A stretch of DNA of 64,000 nucleotides from Humidesulfovibrio sp. (GCF_031082295.1 NZ_JAVHLD010000002.1:40976-104975), one strand, 5' to 3'; shown: positions 31,189 to 40,773, numbered from the stretch's first letter. Numbers and translations: made by a program. Notes: generated by a model from the letters alone, not told the origin.

Positions 31189-33447
31189 CTAGCGGTAATA
31201 CAGGTTCTTGCCGCCCATGGTCAGAAGCGCCTGGTGCAGGTTCTTCTTGATGTCGCGCCTGTCCCAGATACCCTGAATGTGCCCGCGCGACAAGGCCGAG
31301 AATGCCCGGTGATATTTCGGGGGCACCTCGACGCCGGTGGTCTCGAAAATGACGCCCGGTCCTGCGAAACCGATGTTCGAGGAGCGCACGGCGAACTGGT
31401 AGGGAGAGCAGCCCAGGAAGCTGGCCACCGGTCCAGCGTAGGAGTTGGTGTCATACAGCACCAGGTACAGGCCTCCGGCCTCGATATAGCGGCGGACGGC
31501 CATGGTCACGCGCGGCATCTGGATGACCCCGCAGGTGCCCTCCTGAATGCGGATGCCTGCCGTTCCGTGTGAGTACAGGATGAACGGAGCGCGCTTGAGC
31601 ATGGCCCGCTCGGCCGCGCGGATTATCTTTTCGCCCTCGGCCGCGCCCACCGTGCCGCCACGGAACGGGCTGACCAGCACCGCAACAACCGTTGTCACGC
31701 CTTCGATACGCGTCTCGAACGTGATACAGGAGCTGCCCAGGCCGGTCTTCCGCTTGGCCTGCTCCAACTTCAGGTCAAAGCCCTCGTAGGACAACGGGTT
31801 GCCGGACTCCAACTCGCGGTTGAACTCGTAGGCTGAGGCAAAATCAAAGACGTTGTACAAATACCACTGGAATTCCAACGAAAAATGGTGGCCGCAATGG
31901 GAGCATACACCGGCGAATTCGCCGAAGAGGTCCGGTGACCAAAGATCCAGGCAACCATGGGTCGGCGCATTCGGACAGGTGAGGGTGCGGTCCTCGCGGC
32001 TTTTGGGGCTCACGTACACCCAGGAGTCCTCCAGGCGGCATGGCCCTTCTTCCGGGCAGGAGAGGTTGGTCAGTCGTTCCAATGCCTCCGGCGGCACCTC
32101 CAGGCGGCGCTGCTGACCGTCGCCCAAACCAAGAAGCTTTCCCAGCGGACCGCCAACGCCCTGGCGCAGTGCCCGCAATTCGGCTTCGGCGGCCTCAAGC
32201 ATCCGCAAGAGACGACGTTTGTGCGGGGCCAAAAAGTCGTGGCGCAGCGTGCTGTGAGCGGACCAGAGCATGCCCTCCAGGCTGGAATAGATGCGCGCGC
32301 CAAGGGTTCGATTGTCGCGGCAGGCAGAGCGGCTCATGGCCCGGAACTTATCGAAACGCCTGCGCACCAGCTTCTTCCGGGCGCTCTGACCAAGCGACCA
32401 GCGCACAAAGATATCCTGTGGATCCAAAGACTTGCCCTGGCGACGGATGGCCATGCCACGCAACGGGCCGAGGGCTTCCACGGCGTCTACCACCTCGTCC
32501 GTGGCGCGTATGACCTCACGCCGGAGCTTGCGGAAGAAATCATAGTGTTCTGGCCGGGCGCCAAGGGGCGGCTCCTGCACCACGCGGTCGATGAAGCCGA
32601 GCTCCAGGTTGTCGGAGGCCGTGATGCGCAATCTCTCGGCGCATTGGGCAATCAGTTCAGGCGTGGCCTTGCCCTTCAGCCCGCCCTCGATGGCCGCGGC
32701 GCCCTCGGGAGAGATGACAGAGTAGTAGCCGTGCGAGAGCATAAGCCGCTTGTCGGCCAGCGCGATGGCCTCGGCCCCGCCGCTTCCGCCCTCGGAGAAT
32801 ACGCTGATGATGGGGACTCTCAGCCCCGCCATGACATAAAGGTTCTTGGCAATCTGCTGGGCGGCGCCGGGGTAGTCCTCCACGGGAAAGGCGCCAGGGG
32901 TGAACACGTAGGAATGGATGGGGATGTTCTCGATCTCGGCCACGCGCATGTAGTAAAGAGCGTTGGCGTTGCCCCAGGGCTTGATGGAGCCGCCGTTGCG
33001 GAACTCCTGGCCGTGGCCCTTCTCCTGGCCGATCACCATCACCGACTGGTGCACCGTTTTCTTGCCCATGCGGCGGGCAATGGTGGCGCGGGCGATGATG
33101 ATGCCCGGGTCGATGCTCCACTCGTCCTGTCCGCCGATCTCGGTGTAGTTGTCGTAGACGTTTTCGAGGATGTCCTTGAGGGACACGCGCTGCGGGTGGC
33201 GCACGATGCGCACGCGATCCATGGGCGTGAGCTCGACCTCAAGCTTGCCTTCCAGTAGCGAGAAGAGCTCCTCCAGCTTGGCCACCTGACGGGACAGCTC
33301 CCGCATGCCAAGGTGCGCGGCCTGCTCCAGAAACTCCTCCAGCCGGGTCCTCAGCAACGCCACGGACGAGTTCTCGCGCTGGCCGAAGATGTCCTGAATG
33401 TAGGTGAGCCGCGCGGCCAGCTCCTGAGTGCGTTTATCTATGTCCAT
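31189..33447 (-). CDS. Acetyl-CoA carboxylase carboxyltransferase, fused alpha (AccA) and beta (AccD)
   Basis: AccA motifs LTPMDRV..VRHPQR, GQEKG, GGSGGA, YSVISPEG; AccD motifs Zn ribbon, GGTVG...GEKI, G.RIQEG, IGFAGP. Confidence 0.9.
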   Translation of the reverse strand: MDIDKRTQELAARLTYIQDIFGQRENSSVALLRTRLEEFLEQAAHLGMRELSRQVAKLEELFSLLEGKLEVELTPMDRVRIVRHPQRVSLKDILENVYDNYTEIGGQDEWSIDPGIIIARATIARRMGKKTVHQSVMVIGQEKGHGQEFRNGGSIKPWGNANALYYMRVAEIENIPIHSYVFTPGAFPVEDYPGAAQQIAKNLYVMAGLRVPIISVFSEGGSGGAEAIALADKRLMLSHGYYSVISPEGAAAIEGGLKGKATPELIAQCAERLRITASDNLELGFIDRVVQEPPLGARPEHYDFFRKLRREVIRATDEVVDAVEALGPLRGMAIRRQGKSLDPQDIFVRWSLGQSARKKLVRRRFDKFRAMSRSACRDNRTLGARIYSSLEGMLWSAHSTLRHDFLAPHKRRLLRMLEAAEAELRALRQGVGGPLGKLLGLGDGQQRRLEVPPEALERLTNLSCPEEGPCRLEDSWVYVSPKSREDRTLTCPNAPTHGCLDLWSPDLFGEFAGVCSHCGHHFSLEFQWYLYNVFDFASAYEFNRELESGNPLSYEGFDLKLEQAKRKTGLGSSCITFETRIEGVTTVVAVLVSPFRGGTVGAAEGEKIIRAAERAMLKRAPFILYSHGTAGIRIQEGTCGVIQMPRVTMAVRRYIEAGGLYLVLYDTNSYAGPVASFLGCSPYQFAVRSSNIGFAGPGVIFETTGVEVPPKYHRAFSALSRGHIQGIWDRRDIKKNLHQALLTMGGKNLYYR

Positions 33448-33469
33448 TGCTTTGGTCCACGTCTGCCGC

Positions 33470-34906
33470 CTAGAAGTGCAGGATGGTCTGGGTGCGGTTG
33501 AGCAGGAAGGAAACGTTGGTGCGCAGAGGCTCGCCGCGCGTATCCGTGCCGCGGAGCACAAGCGCGTTCAGGAACTCCGCGCCGCGCTTGCGGGCCTCAT
33601 CCAGGCTCTCGCCCCAGACGATGCCAAGCGCCAGGTTGGGGTCGAAGTCCATGGGTATCTCGTAGGGCTTGTCGCCGTCTTTCAGATTCGGGACCTGGGT
33701 GAACACCTGAAGCCAGGGTTCCTCACGCCAGCCAAAGGCCTCGATACGGCCCAGACACGGGGTAAAGCGGTCAGCAGGGTCCTCGGCCAGAATGCGGTAC
33801 TCTATGCCCACTCCGGCGAAGGTGACATCCTGCTGGGTGTAGCCCAAGGGTTCGCCCAGGCCCAGACGGATCTGCTCGGCTATGACGTCCACCCCGTGCT
33901 GGCCGTCGGCCCGGCCGCGGATGCGCGAGGTGATGCCGGAGACGCCGTTTTCCACCTGAATGCGCGTGTTGACTTCCATCAGGAAGGGATCGCCTCTCGG
34001 CGTCACGATCCACTCCCAGGTGCCCACATTGTCGTACCCGACCTGGAGCGACATGTTCACGCTGTGGGTCGTGATGGAGTCAAGCACCTTGGCGGCGTCA
34101 AAGGCATAGGTCAGGCTCACGGGGTCAAAGCCCGGTGCAACCTCGATGCGCTTCTGACGGCCCAGGCTCTGCACGGAGCAGTTGCGCGTGCCCAGATGCA
34201 CGGCGTTCTTCCCGCCACGCTCGGCCACCACCTGGACCTCCAGGTGGTTGAAATCAAAGATGCGCTGCTCGATGAGCACGCCCTCGTCACTCAGGTTGCG
34301 CTTGGCGTAGTTGCGGATGCGCCGGTACACGGAGCGGAACTTGTCGATATCAAAGACTTCCTCGATGCCCATGCCTCCGCCGCCGGCCGAGGCCTTGACC
34401 AGCACGCACCCTTCGGCGATGCCCTGGTCCTGCTGGAAGGCGAAGATGGTCTGCGCCAGTTCCACGGCCTCCATCTCGTCATAGATGGGCCGGTCCGAGC
34501 CGGGGATGGTGGGAACGCCATGAGCGCGGGCGATGCGTTTGGTGTTGATCTTGTCGCCCAGGTCGCGCACCAGCGTCCACGAGGGTCCGATGAAGATGAG
34601 GGGGCGCTGGCGCGTCTCGACGCGTCTTGCGAAACGGAAGTCCTCGGCGAAGAAGCCGTAGCCGGGATGGATCGCGGTGGCCTGGGAGGCATCGGCCACC
34701 GCCAGTATCTCGCTCGGGTCCTGATAGGAGTGGATGCGGTAGAGCCGTTCAGGGCCGCCGAGCTCGCGCGCAAGCCGCACATGCCCGGACTGTTCGTCAG
34801 CGGTGGTGTAGACGCAGACGAAGTCGTGCCCGAGCTTCACGCAGGCGCGCAGTATACGCATGGCGATCTCGCCACGGTTTGCGATGAGCAGAGTGTGTTT
34901 GGCCAT
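33470..34906 (-). CDS. accC: Biotin carboxylase
   Basis: LIANRGEIA, HPGYGF.AE, KASAGGGG.G, RNCSVQ, MEVNTRIQVE. Confidence 0.92.
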   Translation of the reverse strand: MAKHTLLIANRGEIAMRILRACVKLGHDFVCVYTTADEQSGHVRLARELGGPERLYRIHSYQDPSEILAVADASQATAIHPGYGFFAEDFRFARRVETRQRPLIFIGPSWTLVRDLGDKINTKRIARAHGVPTIPGSDRPIYDEMEAVELAQTIFAFQQDQGIAEGCVLVKASAGGGGMGIEEVFDIDKFRSVYRRIRNYAKRNLSDEGVLIEQRIFDFNHLEVQVVAERGGKNAVHLGTRNCSVQSLGRQKRIEVAPGFDPVSLTYAFDAAKVLDSITTHSVNMSLQVGYDNVGTWEWIVTPRGDPFLMEVNTRIQVENGVSGITSRIRGRADGQHGVDVIAEQIRLGLGEPLGYTQQDVTFAGVGIEYRILAEDPADRFTPCLGRIEAFGWREEPWLQVFTQVPNLKDGDKPYEIPMDFDPNLALGIVWGESLDEARKRGAEFLNALVLRGTDTRGEPLRTNVSFLLNRTQTILHF

Positions 34907-34929
34907 TCCCGGTCCCCGGGACAAGCCGG

Positions 34930-35313
34930 CTATTCTGCCGCGCGCTTGGCCTTGCGCAGTTCGATGAGTCGTTTTTGGACCTCAAGCACGAGCTTGTCGA
35001 GCTTGATTTCCTGACGGCGGTCCATAGCCTGGAAGTTGCACCCGATGATGCCCCGATCAAGCACACGCATGACCTTGCCCTTGAGTTCGCCCAGGAAAAG
35101 CTTTTTGCTCAGCATGAGATCGAAAGTGAACTCAAGGCCGGCGCTATACCCGCGCGGATTGTCCTCAAAGGCGAAGCCCGAAGCGCTGATGTCGCTCACG
35201 GGAAAATCCCGGGGGCCGTTCTTGGTGTTGATGCGGATGTCAAGCCCGGGAACGCGTGTGCGATAGGCTTGGCGGAGCTTGTCTTCCTCGTCAACCTTGA
35301 TTTCGAAGTCCAT
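34930..35313 (-). CDS. Single-domain PilZ (c-di-GMP-binding) protein
   Basis: RQAYR (RxxxR) and DISASG (DxSxxG) motifs. Confidence 0.88.
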   Translation of the reverse strand: MDFEIKVDEEDKLRQAYRTRVPGLDIRINTKNGPRDFPVSDISASGFAFEDNPRGYSAGLEFTFDLMLSKKLFLGELKGKVMRVLDRGIIGCNFQAMDRRQEIKLDKLVLEVQKRLIELRKAKRAAE

Positions 35314-35392
35314 GCAGCACCTCGCGGATTCTTGGCATTACGCCGACTTTTGCCCCCATGCAGGGGAGTTGATTCGACGCGTCGGAAGCACC

Positions 35393-36136
35393 TTACTTTC
35401 CGAAGACTCGTTTTTCCAGCACAAATTCAACCCTGCGGTTCTGGGCCCGATACTCTTCGCTTGTGTTCGGAAACAGCGGACTAATGTCCGCCAAGCCCGT
35501 CGACGTCAGCCGTTTGGGCTCAATCCCCATGGACATGAGGACACGCAGCACGTTCACCGCGCGCATGGAGGAAACCTCCCAGTTGTCCTTGAACCGGGAA
35601 CCCGGTGGAGGAGGCTGATCATCGGTATAGCCCCGAATGTTGATGGTCTGGTCCGGGTGTTGGATGAAGAAATCCTTCATCTCAGCAATGATCATCAGGC
35701 CCTTCTCTGTCAGGTTCACCTCGCCACGGGCGAAAAGCACATCTCCGGGAGCGCGCAACGTGATGACGCCATCCTCGAAGTTGGCGCCCACGAGCCCTTC
35801 CAGACCCTTCTTGGTCTGCAGAAGCTTAACGTCGGAAAAGACCTTTTGCTGGGCAAGCTGAATCTGGCGATTCATCATCACCTGGTCAAGAATGACCCCC
35901 GCCTCCTGCTGGCTGATGGTGCTGGTGGCCATGGAGGTCTCCTTGCCGCCAAGCGCCGCCGTCACAGCCTGCAGCGCAGTGGAAATCTTCTTCTCGTCCG
36001 GCACGGACATGGAGTACAAAAGAATAAAGAACACCAGCAGAAGCATGGTCAGGTCAGAGAATGTAGTCAACCATTCCTGAACATCACCAGGATCTTCCTC
36101 AATGGGCGGCGGAATTCTTTCTTCGCTCTCAGCCAT
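35393..36136 (-). CDS. motB: Flagellar stator MotB/PomB-type subunit
   Basis: WLTTFSDLTMLLLVFFILL TM with the conserved Asp; OmpA-like domain (I.GYTDD.P, NWEVS..RA.NV, NRRVE). Confidence 0.93.
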   Translation of the reverse strand: MAESEERIPPPIEEDPGDVQEWLTTFSDLTMLLLVFFILLYSMSVPDEKKISTALQAVTAALGGKETSMATSTISQQEAGVILDQVMMNRQIQLAQQKVFSDVKLLQTKKGLEGLVGANFEDGVITLRAPGDVLFARGEVNLTEKGLMIIAEMKDFFIQHPDQTINIRGYTDDQPPPPGSRFKDNWEVSSMRAVNVLRVLMSMGIEPKRLTSTGLADISPLFPNTSEEYRAQNRRVEFVLEKRVFGK

Positions 36137-36139
36137 GGG

Positions 36140-36886
36140 CTACTTCCTTTCAGACGGAGCAAGGAACGAGGAAAGCTTTTCCGAGACGAGCAATGGGTTG
36201 TTGTTCTCAAGGATTGATTTGGCGCCCTCGAATATAACTTCCAGGTGCAGTTCTTCCTGAAGTGTTCGCGTGCGCAGCTTGTTGGCGATGGGCAGGAAGA
36301 TGACCGTGGCCAGGATGGTGCCGTAGAACGTTGTGATGATGGCGACGGCCATGGCCGGGCCGATGGACTTGGGGTCGTTCAGGTTGGCCAGCATCTGGAT
36401 GAGGCCGATGAGTGTTCCGATCATTCCGAAGGACGGGGCGAGGCTGCCCAGGCGCCTGAAAACTTCCTCACCGACCTTGTGTCGACGCTTCATGGAGCTG
36501 ATCTCGATGGACAGGGTGCTGCGGATGAGGCCGGGATCGGCGTTGTCGGCGATGAGCTGACAGGCCTTCTTGAGGACCATATTCTCGGTTTTGACGTTCT
36601 CAAGGGCGATAAGTCCCTCGCGACGGCTGATCTCCGCGATCTTGACCATGGTGCCGACCACCTCGCGAACCTGGACTTTTCTTGATGAAAAGGCCTTGAA
36701 CATGGCCTTGAGCGCCTGGGCGACCTCCTCAAAGGGGAAGGCTACGAAGATCGTGCCGAAGGTGCCGCCAACAACGATCATGACGCTGGGCAAGTCAAGG
36801 AAGATATTGACCTGACCGCCCATGAAGATGGCGACCATCACCAGCGAAAGTCCGGAGAAGAGACCTATGAGGGTTGCGAAATCCAT
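36140..36886 (-). CDS. motA: Flagellar stator MotA/PomA-type subunit
   Basis: RREGLIALE, APSFGMIGTLIGLIQML, GPAMAVAIITTFYG. Confidence 0.93.
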   Translation of the reverse strand: MDFATLIGLFSGLSLVMVAIFMGGQVNIFLDLPSVMIVVGGTFGTIFVAFPFEEVAQALKAMFKAFSSRKVQVREVVGTMVKIAEISRREGLIALENVKTENMVLKKACQLIADNADPGLIRSTLSIEISSMKRRHKVGEEVFRRLGSLAPSFGMIGTLIGLIQMLANLNDPKSIGPAMAVAIITTFYGTILATVIFLPIANKLRTRTLQEELHLEVIFEGAKSILENNNPLLVSEKLSSFLAPSERK

Positions 36887-36959
36887 ACGCTGTGCCTACC
36901 CTGGCTTGTGCTTTCCGGCGCTCCTGAGGTACATTGCCAAAGGGGGCAAGAAGAACACC

Positions 36960-37814
36960 ATGATGAAAAACTCAATCGACTGCCACGAAACTGCTCGGCA
37001 CTCTGCCCGCTTCATACGCGAAAAACTATGCAATGTTCAAGCAGGAACCTTGGGGCTCGTGCTCGGGTCAGGCCTTGGGGCCGTCCGCGAGCGGATCACC
37101 CAGTTCACCGACCTGCCCTACTCCGGCATTCCCGGCTTGCCGCAGTCGACTGTCGAGGGCCACGGCGGGTTCCTGCGCTCCGGGCTGCTCGGCGGACGAC
37201 CGGTCATCGCCCTGTGCGGGCGCGTGCACCTCTACGAAGGCTACTCTGCCGCCGAAGCCTGCCTTCCTGTGCGCGTGCTCTTTGAGCTCGGCGTGCGCAC
37301 CCTGGTGCTGACCAACGCCGCAGGAGCCCTGAACCCGCTCTTCTCCACCGGCACGCTCATGACCATCACCGACCACATAAACTTCACGGGCCAGAGCCCG
37401 CTGACCGGGGCCAACGTCGACGCCTGGGGCCCGCGTTTCCCGGACATGAGCCGGGTGTGGTGCCCCGGCCTTGTCGCCCTGGCCAACGCCCAGGCCAGGC
37501 GCCTGGGACTGGTGCTTGAGCGGGGCGTCTACATCCAGGTTGCCGGGCCGAACCTCGAGACGCCTGCCGAGACAAGGTCTTATCGGCAGCTTGGCGCGGA
37601 TGCCATAGGGATGAGCACAGCCATTGAGGCCATCGCCGCCGCGCACATGGGCATGCGGCTCATGGGTCTGAGCTGCCTGACCAACAAGAACCTGCCGGAC
37701 TGCATGGCCGAGACAAGCCATCAGGAAGTCCTTGACATGGCTGGACGCGCCGCAGCAGACATGGCCATGCTGCTTGAGGCTGTTGCCCAGGCCATGCCGA
37801 CGCTGGACGCCTAG
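36960..37814 (+). CDS. Purine-nucleoside phosphorylase (trimeric PNP/MTAP family)
   Basis: VLGSGLG, GR.HLYEG, TNAAG, DHINF, GP..ETPAE, GADAIGMST, SCLTN. Confidence 0.93.
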   Translation: MMKNSIDCHETARHSARFIREKLCNVQAGTLGLVLGSGLGAVRERITQFTDLPYSGIPGLPQSTVEGHGGFLRSGLLGGRPVIALCGRVHLYEGYSAAEACLPVRVLFELGVRTLVLTNAAGALNPLFSTGTLMTITDHINFTGQSPLTGANVDAWGPRFPDMSRVWCPGLVALANAQARRLGLVLERGVYIQVAGPNLETPAETRSYRQLGADAIGMSTAIEAIAAAHMGMRLMGLSCLTNKNLPDCMAETSHQEVLDMAGRAAADMAMLLEAVAQAMPTLDA

Positions 37815-37826
37815 CTGTTCCTGGCG

Positions 37827-37854
37827 TAAAGTTATTTCGCCAAACGAACGATAT
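37827..37854 (+). promoter_or_regulatory. Candidate sigma28 (FliA)-type promoter of the flgO-like gene
   Basis: TAAAGTTA-N12-AACGATAT; same TAAAGT-N16-CGAT.T spacing as upstream of cheW. Confidence 0.4.
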
Positions 37855-37906
37855 GTTCAGTGCAAGGATAAGCATCGTCAACAACATGTTCCCCGGACAA
37901 CGAGAC

Positions 37907-38683
37907 ATGAACGCGACAATCCGCCTCCGCAAAGTGTGTCTGCTGGCCCTGATCCTCCTGGTCAGCGCGGCTGTGTCCGGTTGCGGCAGCGCAACAACGT
38001 CCTACTACAACCGCATCAAGCGGACGGTCGTGGATGCCAAGGACGACGTGCTCGGCACACGGCCGACCACGGCGGAGCTCTTCCCCGAGGACAACACCCC
38101 ACTTATCGACATCAACTACGATGCGGCTGACGACATGATGGGCCTGTTCGTGCCCGCGCTGAACAAAAAATCGCCCATCTACTACGACCGCTTCACCAAC
38201 CGCATCGACCCCGCTGATCCGTCGCCTTTTGGCCGCCTTGTGTCCGAGCAGGTGGCGGCGCGCTTTGCGACCCGCAGCTTCATGGTCACCGATGGTCCAG
38301 CCAAGATACCGCCAACTGTGGTGAAGAAGCCCGTGGAGCACGACCCGATGCCCGCCTCGCCCGAAGCCAGAGAAGCGGAGTACAAGCGCACGCAGGAAGA
38401 GTTCAGTCCGGTGAGGCCTTGTGAGCTCACCGGCACCTACCTCATCGCCGACAGGGTGGTGTACATCTCCGCGCGCCTGACCGCCTTGGACAACGGACAG
38501 GTCATGGCCGCGCACAGCTGGACAGTTCCCGTGAACCGCAACACTCGCTCGCTCCTGCCGCAACTCAAGCAGAGCGGCGGCATGAAGCCGTCGGTTCGCA
38601 CTTCGCTGAACTACAGCCCCCATGAGATAGCCAATCCCTCAGGCCAGCGCGACACCTACATCGAGCGCACGCTCGTCCGCTAA
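37907..38683 (+). CDS. FlgO-family outer-membrane lipoprotein
   Basis: Lipobox VSGC; S.FGRLVSEQVAARF and LTGTY.....VYISARL...DNGQVMAA pattern. Confidence 0.7.
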   Translation: MNATIRLRKVCLLALILLVSAAVSGCGSATTSYYNRIKRTVVDAKDDVLGTRPTTAELFPEDNTPLIDINYDAADDMMGLFVPALNKKSPIYYDRFTNRIDPADPSPFGRLVSEQVAARFATRSFMVTDGPAKIPPTVVKKPVEHDPMPASPEAREAEYKRTQEEFSPVRPCELTGTYLIADRVVYISARLTALDNGQVMAAHSWTVPVNRNTRSLLPQLKQSGGMKPSVRTSLNYSPHEIANPSGQRDTYIERTLVR

Positions 38684-38770
38684 CCCCGGCTGGCCGTGAG
38701 GGCCGACTCTTGACGCAGCGCCGTTCCTCCCCTACCAATCTCGTCCACACCATGAAAGGGAGACGCGCGC

Positions 38771-39655
38771 ATGTCCGCATCCTTGCCTGAATCCTTGTTC
38801 GACACCTTCTTCCAGGCCGAGGCCAAGCTGTTCCTGCTGGCAGGCATCCGCATCGCGCTGAGCGAGGACGGCAAGGACCTTACCTCCCTTGGAATTTTTG
38901 AGGACTCTGACCTCGCCGTGGCCCATATCGTAGCCAAGGAGGACACCATTGTCGCCGGCTTGCCGCTTATCCCGCTCATTCTGGAATTCGCCGGGTGCGA
39001 GTTCCAGCACATGCTGAACGTGGACGAAGGCGACCGCGTGTCCGCAGGCGCCATGCTGGCGGCCATCCAAGGCCCGGCCGCCCACCTGCTGCGCACGGAA
39101 CGCGTCATCCTGAACTACCTGGGGCACCTGTCCGGAATAGCCACCCTTACCGCCAAATACGTGGCCGCGCTGCAAGGTTCGCGCACCACTCTGCTCGACA
39201 CGCGCAAGACCCTGCCGGGCCTGCGCTATCCTGAGAAGTACGCCGTGCTTGTGGGCGGCGCCAGGAACCATCGGCTGAACCTTTCCGAGATGCTCATGGT
39301 CAAGGACAACCACATAGACCGCGCGGGTGGCATCATTCCCGCCGTTGAGAAGCTGCGCCTGGCCTATCCCGAGGATTGCCCGCCCATCGAAGTCGAGTGC
39401 CGCACCCTCGATGAAGTCGACCAGGCCGTCAGCGCTGGCGTCCAGCGCATCATGCTGGACAACATGGCCGTTCCCCTGCTGCGAGAGGCCCTGGCCCGCA
39501 TCCCCGAGGGCATAGAGTCCGAGGCCAGCGGCAACGTGACCCTGGAGAACATCGCCGAGATTGGTGCGGCAGGCCCGGACTTCGTGTCTGTCGGTCGCAT
39601 CACGCATTCCGCACCGTGTTCAGACTTGAGCATGCGCATTCAACCGCTAGAATAG
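38771..39655 (+). CDS. nadC: Nicotinate-nucleotide diphosphorylase (quinolinate phosphoribosyltransferase)
   Basis: ER..LN.L.HLSGIAT, DTRKT.PGLR, HR..LS...MVKDNH, IEVEC, IMLDN, EASG.VT. Confidence 0.96.
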   Translation: MSASLPESLFDTFFQAEAKLFLLAGIRIALSEDGKDLTSLGIFEDSDLAVAHIVAKEDTIVAGLPLIPLILEFAGCEFQHMLNVDEGDRVSAGAMLAAIQGPAAHLLRTERVILNYLGHLSGIATLTAKYVAALQGSRTTLLDTRKTLPGLRYPEKYAVLVGGARNHRLNLSEMLMVKDNHIDRAGGIIPAVEKLRLAYPEDCPPIEVECRTLDEVDQAVSAGVQRIMLDNMAVPLLREALARIPEGIESEASGNVTLENIAEIGAAGPDFVSVGRITHSAPCSDLSMRIQPLE

Positions 39656-39741
39656 CGCCCCCTGGACCAAGCGTCGGCTTGAATATCCGGAATAAGGCGA
39701 GTATGCAGCCAGCATGAGGCCAATATCATAAGGACAGAAGC

Positions 39742-40773
39742 ATGAGCGCACTGAACGAACGCATTGAGACCCTGCGCGCGCAGTACGGAAACAGGCTGGC
39801 CATCCTGGGTCACCACTACCAGTCCGACGAGGTCATCCGGCACGTGGACTTCCAGGGAGATTCCCTTGAACTTGCGCGCAAGATCGACGGACTGGCTGCC
39901 GAACACATAGTCTTCTGCGGCGTCTACTTCATGGCCGAGTCCGCCTGCGCGCTGGCCAGGCCAGGGCAGAAGATCCACATTCCCGACGTGGACGCCACCT
40001 GCCCCATGGCCGACATGGCCCCGGCCCAGCGCGTGGAGGACGTGCTCTCCGCCCTGCGCGACGACGGTCGCCTGGTGATCCCCCTGGCCTACGTGAACTC
40101 CTCCGCCGAGGTGAAGGCCGTTTGCGGCATGTACGGCGGCAGCGTGTGCACTTCCGCCAACGCCAAGGTCATGCTCGAATGGGCGCTCCAACAGGGCGAC
40201 GCGGTGCTCTTTCTGCCCGACAAGAACCTGGGGCACAACACGGCCAACCAGTTGAACATCGACACCACCGAGCGCCTCGAGATCGACATCCGCGACGGCG
40301 GCGCCCGCCTTGACCACAAGAAGGCACAGTACGCCCGCCTGCTGCTTTGGCCCGGCGCCTGCGCCATCCACCACAAGTTCAAGAAGAGCCAAATCCAGGA
40401 GTTGCGCCGCACCAGACCGGGGGTTCGCGTCATCGTGCACCCGGAATGTTCCCAGGGCGTCGTGCGCGCGGCAGACGGCGCTGGCTCCACCTCCTACCTC
40501 ATCAAATACTGCGCCAACGCCCCGGCGGGATCAAAGATCGCGGTGGCCACGGAATGCAATCTGGTCGAGCGGCTGGCCGCCCGCCACACCCCAGAGGGCA
40601 AGGAGATCTTCCCGCTCAAGCGCCTGGCTTGCTCCAACATGGCAAAAATTTCGGAAGAGCGGTTGCTTGCGCTGCTTGAAAATCTCGACTCAGCGACGCC
40701 GCTGGCCCTTAGCGACGACGTCACCGAACATTCGCGGGTGGCGTTGGAGCGGATGCTGCGCATCTGCGCGTAG
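39742..40773 (+). CDS. nadA: Quinolinate synthase
   Basis: ILGHHYQ, GDSLELA, FCGVYFMAE, CPMA, YVNSSA, CTSANA, C.IH, HPEC, C.NM. Confidence 0.96.
   Translation: MSALNERIETLRAQYGNRLAILGHHYQSDEVIRHVDFQGDSLELARKIDGLAAEHIVFCGVYFMAESACALARPGQKIHIPDVDATCPMADMAPAQRVEDVLSALRDDGRLVIPLAYVNSSAEVKAVCGMYGGSVCTSANAKVMLEWALQQGDAVLFLPDKNLGHNTANQLNIDTTERLEIDIRDGGARLDHKKAQYARLLLWPGACAIHHKFKKSQIQELRRTRPGVRVIVHPECSQGVVRAADGAGSTSYLIKYCANAPAGSKIAVATECNLVERLAARHTPEGKEIFPLKRLACSNMAKISEERLLALLENLDSATPLALSDDVTEHSRVALERMLRICA

Noticed and set aside
38280-38430. Apparent Pro-rich insertion in the FlgO-like protein
   Set aside because: The segment length is similar to what I recall for the variable region of FlgO proteins; not demonstrable without an alignment
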